NCBI GenBank assembly: GCA_011364905.1
Contig: RDNZ01000040.1
Location: 1-27,759 of the forward strand
From: Candidatus Thorarchaeota archaeon
Lineage (GTDB): Archaea > Asgardarchaeota > Thorarchaeia > Thorarchaeales > Thorarchaeaceae
Direction of reading: 5' to 3'
Length of the DNA: 27,759 nucleotides
The notes below the pieces were generated by a model that saw only the letters and a program-made list of their open reading frames with translations, searched no databases and was not told where the DNA came from. This document shows positions 1-8,049 of the stretch, piece by piece. Each line of letters opens with the position of its first letter. Within the stretch, counting starts at the first letter, position 1. The translations under genes and the position numbers were made by a program.

Positions 1-47
1 ATTGCTGAAGTAGCGCCTTCCTTATCTATTACCAAAGATTCATACAC
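1..47 (-). CDS. Possible 5' end of a gene running off the window (MYESLVIDKEGATSA...), reminiscent of an enoyl-CoA hydratase/crotonase N-terminus
   Basis: Hand translation from GTG at 47 on the minus strand, preceded by GAAGGA. An AT-rich TTATATATA box lies at about 87-97 on the same strand. Only 15 codons are visible. Confidence 0.25.
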   Translation of the reverse strand, partial: MYESLVIDKEGATSA

Positions 48-256
48 GTCCTTCAGGGTCTGTACTTCACTTGACTACGTTCTGTCTATATATAACTTAT
101 CCGTCGCTAAGCCTCGAGGATGGAATGACCTAGTATGGGTATCTTTTGCAGATTTTTACTAATAACTCGCGATTCTTTACTGTCTCTTTTGATAGTTTCA
201 TGAGACGGAATCTATAATTGGGGTTATGTTCTGGCCTTAGATGAGGAGAGAGAGCC

Positions 257-967
257 ATGCACCCTAGAATACTTCAACTTGTAGGTTTCATCCTTTTGAT
301 AGTTTGCGCTGCCATGACATATATTGTCTATCAAGCCACTTTGATGACCTCCCAGCCCGACCTCGGTACTTTAATCACATCTGGTATGATTGCCTGGGCT
401 ATACTCGGACTACCTGAACTAGTGCTCGGGCTATGGCTTATCGCAAAAGGCACTCGGGAAGCTCGTATTGGGGACGTTTCTGGGGATCTCATACCACTGG
501 TTCAAAAGGAAGGTCGCATCAGTGTTGATGATGCTGCAAGAATGCTCAGTGTCGATTCACAGGTTGTTGCTGACTCTGCTGAAAGTCTTGCAAAGCGTCG
601 GCTCCCTCTTGTATACTTGGACAGACGAGCCAATGAGATTGTGAGTCCCAAAGCTGTTTCACTGAAAGAGAGTCTACTGCATCTTCTCTATGCACAACGA
701 CGGATGACCTTTGATCAGATTTCCAAGGTGACAGAGTCAACAGATGAACAGATTGTTGATGCACTCAAAGAACTATCAAAACAAGGTAAGTTCCGGGGTG
801 TGATTGATGAGAACTCAAGGGTTGTCTATACCCAGGAAGCGGTTTCTCAACTTCCGAAGGCCATAACTGTCTGTCCCAACTGTGATGGTAAACTTGATGC
901 GCCCGTCCTTCCTGGTGAGGAAGAAAAATGCCCATACTGCGGCCATATGATTGTCAACCGGGTGTGA
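257..967 (+). CDS. Membrane-anchored protein: 2 N-terminal TM helices, two winged-helix/PCI-like repeats, C-terminal zinc ribbon
   Basis: Hydrophobic residues ~6-27 and ~38-62. wHTH-like segments ISVDDAARMLSVD and MTFDQISKVTES...LKELSKQGKFRGVIDENSRVVY. Zn ribbon CPNC...CPYC. GAGGAG RBS upstream. Confidence 0.7.
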   Translation: MHPRILQLVGFILLIVCAAMTYIVYQATLMTSQPDLGTLITSGMIAWAILGLPELVLGLWLIAKGTREARIGDVSGDLIPLVQKEGRISVDDAARMLSVDSQVVADSAESLAKRRLPLVYLDRRANEIVSPKAVSLKESLLHLLYAQRRMTFDQISKVTESTDEQIVDALKELSKQGKFRGVIDENSRVVYTQEAVSQLPKAITVCPNCDGKLDAPVLPGEEEKCPYCGHMIVNRV

Positions 968-1064
968 GAAAAGAGAGGTCCTGTCTTTCCTGTAAACAGT
1001 CATTTTTTGGCTACTTGGGTCCAATGGTATATTTTAATAGACGGATAAAATCAGGCTCGCGAGG

Positions 1065-1661
1065 ATGATACTTATGAGCTCACAAAAAACAGCGAATCCC
1101 GCTCCCTTGGGTCTCATGGGCTTTGGCATGACGACTGTCTTGCTTAATCTTCTGAATGCTCAGATAATTCCTGGAGAATCCATTGGCATGATCCTTTCAG
1201 TTGGCTTTTTCTATGGTGGACTGGCGCAAATCATTGCAGGTATTTGGGAATTAAAGAATGGTAATACATTTGGAGCCACGGCATTCAGTTCCTACGGACT
1301 ATTCTGGCTGACCTTTGTCTTCATCAACTTCTTCCCGGCGATGGGGCTTGTTGCTCCCATTACTGACACAGCTTTGGCATCACTGGTACTGGTTCCGTAC
1401 CTATTCATGTGGGGCCTCTTTACTTTCTGGATGTTTCTGAGTACACTGAAAATCAACAGAGCAATACAGGTCGTGTTCCTCACACTTACAATCCTGTTTT
1501 GGCTTTTGGCGATAGGTCACGCAGGTTTTGCTTTCGTTAATGTAATTGCTGGATACGAAGGTATACTGTGTGGATTCAGCGCAATCTATCTTGCTATGGC
1601 CGAAGTGATGAACGAAGTTTATGGTCGAGAGGTCCTACCAATTGGGCCTATCACAAGCTAG
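1065..1661 (+). CDS. satP: Acetate/succinate uptake transporter, GPR1/FUN34/YaaH (SatP) family; start may be ATG 1074
   Basis: Signature ANPAPLGL(M)[31 protein letters not shown]; about 6 TM segments. Confidence 0.92.
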   Translation: MILMSSQKTANPAPLGLMGFGMTTVLLNLLNAQIIPGESIGMILSVGFFYGGLAQIIAGIWELKNGNTFGATAFSSYGLFWLTFVFINFFPAMGLVAPITDTALASLVLVPYLFMWGLFTFWMFLSTLKINRAIQVVFLTLTILFWLLAIGHAGFAFVNVIAGYEGILCGFSAIYLAMAEVMNEVYGREVLPIGPITS

Positions 1662-1674
1662 TTCTCAACCGTTG

Positions 1675-1708
1675 ATCTAGATGGCCGCTTTTGCGGCCTC
1701 TAGATTTT
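1675..1708. terminator. GC-rich hairpin between convergent genes, probable terminator
   Basis: ATCTAGA-t-GGCCGC-tttt-GCGGCC-TCTAGAT followed by T-run, 13 nt after the satP stop. Confidence 0.6.
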
Positions 1709-1786
1709 ATAGAGTGCGGAGTTTGACTTGATTTTCTTGCGATTGTAGGTTTGTATGTTGTGCAACGAAGACGGCAAAATCGGTGA

Positions 1787-2605
1787 TCATACGGCACAAG
1801 CGTACGACAGATTACCGCTGTGGTTAACTAACTGCGCATATCTACGTCCAGTTTTCAAGTCAGACAGGAATTGGCTTATCCCCTCATTGACATCCTGGTA
1901 GGTCAACTCTCTGCCTCGTGAATGTAGTGCTACAGGTGCGTAGCTCTCTTTCAGGATTGCAGCATAGTCTCTTCTTAGTCCCATCTTGTCACCAAAAATC
2001 TCAACACCCTGGACTTTGCCATCGACACTGACAATCATACCAATCTCATCGTCTGACCACTTGAAACGATTAACACACCTCTCAAACTCATGACCATGAT
2101 GTACATAGAGCTCTCCAAGGGCATTTGTGCCAGATCTCACCCCCCATGCTGAGAGTATTTGTTGCACCATGCTCCAAACATGTTGTTGATTTCTTCCCTC
2201 AAGTATAGCTTTCCTCATTGTGATTGGTGTGTTCGTATGTAACCATTCTCCCTGAGAGTGTTGCCATCTTCCAGCCTCAATACAAAACACATTCAGGTTC
2301 CTATGACCTTCTACAACAGTACTCTCGGCTACTATACGGTCTTGTTTCCCACCGCCCAACACCCCTTCCCCACACCTAATCAGCGTAGGTTCTTTGGCGA
2401 AGAAACGCAGACTCGGTACATTGCCTGTTTCTTCGACCTTCATGTTTCCCATTTCAAGAGCAATCTGAGTTGAAACAATTCCATTATAGAGTTCAGCGCT
2501 TTCATCCTCTAATCCTGTTACAGCTAAGTTGCCATGAATCTGCGGTGCAGTCATTTCCGCGCTTTTAATGAGCTTCAATACTTGTTCTGCATCCCCACTA
2601 CTCAT
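1787..2605 (-). CDS. DUF6569 / ARPP-1-like domain protein
   Basis: Motifs V.E...VP.L, GE...GGKQDRI, VFCIEAGRW, Q..VW..V, G.......G...G.E.F match my recollection of DUF6569. Confidence 0.65.
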   Translation of the reverse strand: MSSGDAEQVLKLIKSAEMTAPQIHGNLAVTGLEDESAELYNGIVSTQIALEMGNMKVEETGNVPSLRFFAKEPTLIRCGEGVLGGGKQDRIVAESTVVEGHRNLNVFCIEAGRWQHSQGEWLHTNTPITMRKAILEGRNQQHVWSMVQQILSAWGVRSGTNALGELYVHHGHEFERCVNRFKWSDDEIGMIVSVDGKVQGVEIFGDKMGLRRDYAAILKESYAPVALHSRGRELTYQDVNEGISQFLSDLKTGRRYAQLVNHSGNLSYACAV

Positions 2606-2658
2606 ATACCACCCTCAATATCTCTTATGAAAATGGGTCTATAAAAACCACACAGAAA

Positions 2659-3801
2659 CTACTCATAACGTTCTCGATGAACTCTCCATCTATCTACAAC
2701 AGACTCTCCTTTTACAATCTGATAATGATTGAATAGATTTGCAGTGAGACATGAATGGTTCGGAATGATCCTGACTTTATCCCCATGTTTGTAATCCAAC
2801 TTGGCTTTGTCAAATGGGATAAGTTTGCCATGTTCCTGTGACAGTGACTTCAAAATTACGTCTGCATTTAGTCGACTTTTCTGATAATCTGCGAATAACT
2901 TGCCATATCCGACATTGGTTTCAATGTGAGTTGGACCTGTGTCTTTGGAAAGCGCAGTAGCTCCAGCATCAATAATGACTCTGTCTGGATTCACACTGAT
3001 GACACTGGCGAGGACCGTGAGAGCACTGTCGGATATTTTACATGTTCCAAGTGCAACCTGTGTATAATCGAAGAATACATAGTTGCCTGGTCGAATCTCC
3101 GTGATTCCCTCCTGAAACTCATCTGCAAGTCTTGCTGTGGGTGTAGAACCTATGCTGACTACCTCTGGTTTCAGATTTGCATTCTCTTGATTTAGAACTT
3201 TAGCAAATCGAACCATTACTTCTTGTTCTTGGATGGCTACCTTCTTAATCTCTGAAACAGTCTTCGCGGCGTAGGAATGACCTGCATGAGTCAAAATTCC
3301 TTTGAAACACAAGTTTGAGTCCTCGTAGATTTTCTTGACTAGCGATATAGCCCCCGGAGTATTAGGATCTATTCCAGTTCGAGGATATCCACAGTAAATC
3401 TTGACGAGAACATCCAATGATAACTTTGCAGTTTTACAAAATTGACTGAGCTGGTCAACCATAACTGGATGGTCCACTAGCACATTCAGATGTGTCTGTT
3501 CTGATATTCGTTGCACACCAGGGAACTTGTCTGGTGAGAGAGGAACCGCATAAGTAATGTTGTCGAATCCTTCATCAGCGAAAGCTGCAGCTTCTGCAAG
3601 TGTGGAGACAGTAATTCCTTGCGCTCCAGCTTTCAATTGCATCTTTCCAATTTCTACACACTTGTGAGTCTTGATATGCGGTCGAAGAGATACTCCCCCT
3701 TCTCTGGCTCGAGTAGCCATTTCTGATATGTTATGCTCGACACGATCCAAGTCCACTAATGCAGCTGGGGTAATAAGGTCATGAATAGAGTGTTTCTTCA
3801 T
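2659..3801 (-). CDS. Fold-type III PLP enzyme, D-serine dehydratase / D-threonine aldolase (DSD1) family
   Basis: TPAALVDL, LRPHIKTHK (PLP Lys), THAGHSY, SIGSTPT, EIRPGNYVFFD, LSQEHG, IIPNHSC (His/Cys metal ligands). Confidence 0.9.
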   Translation of the reverse strand: MKKHSIHDLITPAALVDLDRVEHNISEMATRAREGGVSLRPHIKTHKCVEIGKMQLKAGAQGITVSTLAEAAAFADEGFDNITYAVPLSPDKFPGVQRISEQTHLNVLVDHPVMVDQLSQFCKTAKLSLDVLVKIYCGYPRTGIDPNTPGAISLVKKIYEDSNLCFKGILTHAGHSYAAKTVSEIKKVAIQEQEVMVRFAKVLNQENANLKPEVVSIGSTPTARLADEFQEGITEIRPGNYVFFDYTQVALGTCKISDSALTVLASVISVNPDRVIIDAGATALSKDTGPTHIETNVGYGKLFADYQKSRLNADVILKSLSQEHGKLIPFDKAKLDYKHGDKVRIIPNHSCLTANLFNHYQIVKGESVVDRWRVHRERYE

Positions 3802-3818
3802 CTCTCATTCCCACCACA

Positions 3819-5273
3819 CTAGGTGATACCATGCTGATCTCCTCTGACGCGTCTTCTTAGATTTAGCCTCGCCTCATCAATTCTCTCACTCAATCTGCTC
3901 TTTTTTGGCCAGAACTCTTTGATTTCGTCGAATCCGTGTACATCCCAGTATAGTGGGCATGCACCGTAGCAATAATCGAAATGTTCACACGCTTTGCATC
4001 CTTCTGGAGCAAAATCCTTGGCTCTCCAAAACTGAGACGCTCTATTATACCAAACCTTCTCAAATCCCTCGTGAAGCAGATTTCCAACAGGCTCGCTAAA
4101 ACTTGAACATGGCAAAAGTCCTCCTTCTGCATCAACAGACAGAAGACCATCACAACACGCGCAGCTTTTTGCTCCCAACCCGTGCGCAATGGGATTGAAG
4201 AGGCAGACAGGAGTGGGTGCATACCACACGAATTGAATACCTTTTTTGTTTGCACGCTTCCTGACTCGTTTCACTATGTCCTTAATCTCTGAGTATTTGA
4301 CTTGGAGTTCCTCTCGAAGCTTAGCCGCTGTACCAGTATAGATTACCATGTTCATACTGAAGTAGGTCAATTTCAACTCATCAGCGTGGAAGTCCACAAG
4401 TGCTTCAAGCTTGTCTAGGTTCGGGCGACAGATGGTTGTATTGCAGTGAGTATAGATGTTCGTTTCCCTTAGGTTCTTTATACCCTGGACCGTTTTGGCA
4501 AATGCACCCGGAATTCCCACAATGTAATCGTGGGTTTCAGCATCTGGTCCCTCGATTGAAACTTGAGCGCTGTTCAGCCCAGCCTCAACGAGCCTACCTA
4601 CGAACTCCTTGTCATGGCATCGAATTCCGTTTGTGATCAGGTTGACTCTAAGTCCTTTCGACCTTCCATACGAGATGAGTTCGAACAAATCCTCACGAAG
4701 CGTCGGCTCTCCACCTGTAAATGACAGGCTTGGAACGTGCGCATCATCCACAATGATGTCGATGATATGTTTGACCTCCTCAGTCGTCATCTCCCCCGAC
4801 TCTCTGTAGGGCGAGAATGCATAACAGAATCTGCACTTGTTGTTACATCTGTATGTGAGTGCGATTTCGCTCAGGACTGGGTACTTGATTTCCCCTTCTC
4901 CAAATGGGACAATCTTGGCGGTTTTGTAGCTGTAAATGTTCTGATTACCTATGGTCATATTTCGAAGATCATCAATGAATGCCGCTAGATCATTCAAGAC
5001 AACTTGCTTTTGAGCGCCAGCTTTCACAAAACGATTGACTATGTTGTCCAGAGATTCACCATCAAGCAGCATTTTGAGCATCAGCATCCCTGTTTCATTG
5101 AGATGCATTGTCTTGTTCGGTCTAAGGATGAGCAGATTATCCTGCGGTCTGACAAAGAAGAAATCTCTGACCTCATCGATGAATGCTGGTACCCACTGTA
5201 GGTCTTCCAATGTATAGTTATACTGAGGTGCTGCGGGAGGGGAGGTCATTACAGGGGATTTTGTGTGCACCAT
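3819..5273 (-). CDS. Radical SAM/SPASM peptide- or protein-modifying enzyme with N-terminal PqqD/RRE-like domain; start could be ATG 5249
   Basis: CNNKCRFC (CxxxCxxC, ~4824-4847), SFTGGEPTLR, ITNG, QVSIEG. SPASM Cys set CACC...LLPC...GNL...CKAC-x5-CYGAC. N-terminal LNETGMLMLKML.DG...IV..F......V.NDL..FI..L is PqqD/RRE-like. Confidence 0.9.
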   Translation of the reverse strand: MVHTKSPVMTSPPAAPQYNYTLEDLQWVPAFIDEVRDFFFVRPQDNLLILRPNKTMHLNETGMLMLKMLLDGESLDNIVNRFVKAGAQKQVVLNDLAAFIDDLRNMTIGNQNIYSYKTAKIVPFGEGEIKYPVLSEIALTYRCNNKCRFCYAFSPYRESGEMTTEEVKHIIDIIVDDAHVPSLSFTGGEPTLREDLFELISYGRSKGLRVNLITNGIRCHDKEFVGRLVEAGLNSAQVSIEGPDAETHDYIVGIPGAFAKTVQGIKNLRETNIYTHCNTTICRPNLDKLEALVDFHADELKLTYFSMNMVIYTGTAAKLREELQVKYSEIKDIVKRVRKRANKKGIQFVWYAPTPVCLFNPIAHGLGAKSCACCDGLLSVDAEGGLLPCSSFSEPVGNLLHEGFEKVWYNRASQFWRAKDFAPEGCKACEHFDYCYGACPLYWDVHGFDEIKEFWPKKSRLSERIDEARLNLRRRVRGDQHGIT

Positions 5274-5355
5274 CTTAAGGGTTGGGTTATAGAAATCTTG
5301 AATCTGAAAGGCTTATCAGTCTCCAATATTGAGATATGAATAACACAGTCGTGGA

Positions 5356-5760
5356 GTGTATTCGATGAGTACAAGTGAGATAAAATTACCATATGGCACA
5401 ATCACGAAGAAGAAACTAATCATGCACTTCAGTGCCTTTGATATGGATTTACCAGTTATTGCAGCTGGCATTCGAGAGCGAATGGATGTCCTAAAGGAAC
5501 TTGATGTTTCATTCGCAGGTTTTGGGACTGAAATTCCCGAGAAGTTGACTGAACAGACTCCTGCGGTCATTAAATGCTTCTTTGAATATGTAGGGAAGGA
5601 GTCAGATGCTGACATGATTCTCAAGCGAGTGTACCATTTGATTTGGTCTGGAATGGTGCAAGAATTCCCAGATCTTGTTGATTGGGCTGCCGCAAAAGCT
5701 GATTTGTCTAACCTGACCATCGCTCAAGCTGATGCTCTCAGAGCTCAGCGAGGCGACTAA
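5356..5760 (+). CDS. Hypothetical soluble protein (134 aa; start may be ATG 5365)
   Basis: Clean ORF with protein-like composition filling the gap between the rSAM gene and the Cys-tail gene. No motif recognised. Confidence 0.7.
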   Translation: MYSMSTSEIKLPYGTITKKKLIMHFSAFDMDLPVIAAGIRERMDVLKELDVSFAGFGTEIPEKLTEQTPAVIKCFFEYVGKESDADMILKRVYHLIWSGMVQEFPDLVDWAAAKADLSNLTIAQADALRAQRGD

Positions 5761-5803
5761 TCAGTTCTACTAGATGAATCTCATATGACAAGAGGGTCAT
5801 GAA

Positions 5804-7927
5804 GTGAATAGATGTTTGGCGAACACACTACTAATTGCATTGTTAGTGTTTTCAGTCATTCCCTTGTGTAATGCCGACTTTATCCCTAGTGCCAATCCAA
5901 CCCTAGATAGTGTGTATGTTGACGTGGTTGTGATGCCTAATGGTCGAATCAATGTTACTTACTGGATGACCTTTACTGCAGCATCTGGCGGGCTTGGTGG
6001 ATTTGATCTAAAAGGGATTCAAGAAACGAGCATAGATGATCCTACTCGTGCATACGCTGAATGGGGAGGAAATCGTTACGATCTCCTTGTCACCGATTAT
6101 GCAGATGGTTACGGACTCGATTGGGTCCCTCGCACTCCAGAGGGAGAACAAGTTCTCGTTGTATTTGGTTATTTCAGTACGAATCGCGTTATTGAAAAGA
6201 CAACTTCTGGGACCTATGGGGACCTTGGAGTCTTCAATTGGGCGCCGGTTCAGTGGGAAATTCCTATCGATTACGAAGCAGTTCAGGTAATCTACCCCAT
6301 AGAGATGAATGCATCTTGGATCGAACCATCTAATGGAGTCACTGCTGAAGGTGCTGACTACGCGGGATATGTCGTGGACTCGAATCAAGGGCTGTGGCAT
6401 GGAGGGTCTCAAGTACCTTTCGAGGAAGACAATCTTCTTGCATACCCATATTCCACCTCAGCCAGTCCGAGATATTTCACTGTGAGCCTCGGTCAGTCAA
6501 GTGTTGCCGCATATGATCATTTCAGGGTCTTTCACTATACCAACTGGAGTTTCTACGAACCATATTTGGAACCTGGAGCTTTGGGTGTTGACTATTCATC
6601 TATCATCAACGCAAAGGCAAACACAGCGTTTGACTTGCAGCTGACAGTTTTCAATTACGGTGATGCTCCCCTGGACGATGTAACGATTACTGTTTCACTC
6701 CCCGAAAACATTACACTCACCTCCGGTTCTGTGACAACGAATTTGGGATCTTTGGATGGTGGCGAAACAAGATATGTGTCATACTCTTTCTTACCCGCGA
6801 ACGTCCCTGCAGTTTTGCCAATTGTTTTCCAGGTCAGAGCCTCCAATCTTAATGTGTCTGACTGGAAAAACTTCAACATCGAGGTGTATGTACAAGAATA
6901 CATTCCTCCGCTCATCTCGCCGAACCAGTTGCTTGGTCTATTTGCACTCTTTGTTGCTCTAGGCTTCATCTATTACGGGTATAGGCGAGTGACTCGTTCC
7001 TATGGTGCAAAATGGGACGCCGATGATACAACCTACACCTATGAGAGTCCTGAGATAGCAATTCAGACCTTTGGAGAACCTGGGACAGTCGCTGAGCTGG
7101 ACCCAATTGAATCGGCCTTCTTCATCAATACCACACGTCAAAAACTCGTTTCAATGATACTGATGTCATGTGTCAGAAAAGGTGCTGTAAGAGTAATTTC
7201 AACTGATCCACTGAAGCTCTCTGTGACGGGTCTTCAGTTTCAAGACCTCACCTATTATGAAGAAGCCTTTGTTGCAGCTATTGTCGATGATGAGTTAGAC
7301 TCTGACAAAATCGATGATATGCTTGAAGAGCTAGCAGATAAAGTTCAGGAGAACGCCTGGAATGCTGACTTCGAAGCCACAAAGGCAAAGCATGATGAAA
7401 TGGTTGATGGGGCTTGGCAGGAACTGGAGTCTTATCCCACCCTTGATGGAAGAATGGACTACTACTTCAATCGTCAATATCATGGTGGAGGGTGGGCATG
7501 GTACTGGCTTTACATGAATCCAGGGCATAGCCATATAGGCGACGTGTTTACCAAGCCTGGTCCCTCAATTACTCCGCCTCAAGTTCCCGATTGGTTCAAT
7601 GGGCTCTCACAGGCAACTGGACATGCCATAAGCGGAGTGGGCCAAGCGGTTGGTAATGTAGCTGCAACCACAGGTCAAATAATGACAAATGTGGCCAACA
7701 CAATTGGGAGCGTTGTAGAGGGTGTTGGCAAGATCATAACCGCACCACTCAAACCACTCATTGAAAGCACAAGCAGATGTGTGTCTCATGACGCCTGCCA
7801 TAGCGCTTGCGTTTCTCACGATGCCTGTCACAGTGCCTGTCATAGCGCATGTCATAGTGCTTGTGTCTGTCATAGCGCGTGTCACAGTGCCTGTCATAGT
7901 GCGTGCGTTTCTGGAGGATTCAGATAG
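5804..7927 (+). CDS. Single-pass membrane protein: signal peptide, DUF2207-like and Ig/CARDB-like extracellular domains, TM, cytoplasmic domain, C-terminal Cys/His repeat tail; candidate rSAM substrate
   Basis: Signal peptide (res 1-24). Ig-like TVFNYGDAPLDDVTITVSLPENIT...LGSLDGGE. TM LLGLFALFVALGFIYYGY (res ~376-393) followed by RR. Tail CVSHDACHSACVSHDACHSACHSACHSACVCHSACHSACHSACVSGGFR. Confidence 0.85.
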   Translation: MNRCLANTLLIALLVFSVIPLCNADFIPSANPTLDSVYVDVVVMPNGRINVTYWMTFTAASGGLGGFDLKGIQETSIDDPTRAYAEWGGNRYDLLVTDYADGYGLDWVPRTPEGEQVLVVFGYFSTNRVIEKTTSGTYGDLGVFNWAPVQWEIPIDYEAVQVIYPIEMNASWIEPSNGVTAEGADYAGYVVDSNQGLWHGGSQVPFEEDNLLAYPYSTSASPRYFTVSLGQSSVAAYDHFRVFHYTNWSFYEPYLEPGALGVDYSSIINAKANTAFDLQLTVFNYGDAPLDDVTITVSLPENITLTSGSVTTNLGSLDGGETRYVSYSFLPANVPAVLPIVFQVRASNLNVSDWKNFNIEVYVQEYIPPLISPNQLLGLFALFVALGFIYYGYRRVTRSYGAKWDADDTTYTYESPEIAIQTFGEPGTVAELDPIESAFFINTTRQKLVSMILMSCVRKGAVRVISTDPLKLSVTGLQFQDLTYYEEAFVAAIVDDELDSDKIDDMLEELADKVQENAWNADFEATKAKHDEMVDGAWQELESYPTLDGRMDYYFNRQYHGGGWAWYWLYMNPGHSHIGDVFTKPGPSITPPQVPDWFNGLSQATGHAISGVGQAVGNVAATTGQIMTNVANTIGSVVEGVGKIITAPLKPLIESTSRCVSHDACHSACVSHDACHSACHSACHSACVCHSACHSACHSACVSGGFR
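7778..7924 (+). repeat. Coding 12-bp imperfect tandem repeat (TGY CAY AGY GCN x7) plus 2x CVSHDA
   Basis: Directly read: tgccatagcgct, tgtcacagtgcc, tgtcatagcgca, tgtcatagtgct, tgtcatagcgcg, tgtcacagtgcc, tgtcatagtgcg. Differences are confined to third codon positions. Confidence 0.95.
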
Positions 7928-8049
7928 TTTCCGAAACACCTGCTGCTCCGTGGGCTTGACCTAGCCATCAATCTGCATAAGACGGTGCATTGTGCGGACT
8001 GCTAGAGCCTCGATGACAAATACTTTAGGTCCGCATATCTGTCAAAGAA

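Noticed and set aside
5316-5720. Antisense 134-aa ORF opposite 5356..5760
   Set aside because: Almost fully overlaps the more protein-like plus-strand ORF; no motif. Treated as a shadow ORF, like the other short overlapping ORFs in the track.
7778-7924. Cys/His tail as a multiheme cytochrome c
   Set aside because: No canonical CxxCH. The spacings are CxxxCH, CxCH and Cx5CH and they overlap one another. The tail is predicted cytoplasmic, and no cytochrome c maturation genes are nearby.
7778-7924. 12-bp repeats as a CRISPR array or non-coding VNTR
   Set aside because: No spacers; the units are in frame and vary only at synonymous positions.
7607-7964. Alternative-frame ORFs 7607..7939(-) and 7761..7964(+) with repetitive MT/VI patterns as small precursor peptides
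   Set aside because: Shadows of the CHSA repeat. The nucleotide variation is synonymous only in the 707-aa frame.
7925-8005. Possible UAG (pyrrolysine) read-through adding FPKH...HCADC to the 707-aa protein
   Set aside because: Only 25 extra codons before another TAG. -GGFR looks like a natural terminus, and there are no pyl genes in the window. Probably chance.
7991-8037. Stem-loop as a SECIS element (contains ATGA)
   Set aside because: The ATGA lies in the loop rather than in a kink-turn core, and no adjacent gene shows an in-frame UGA.
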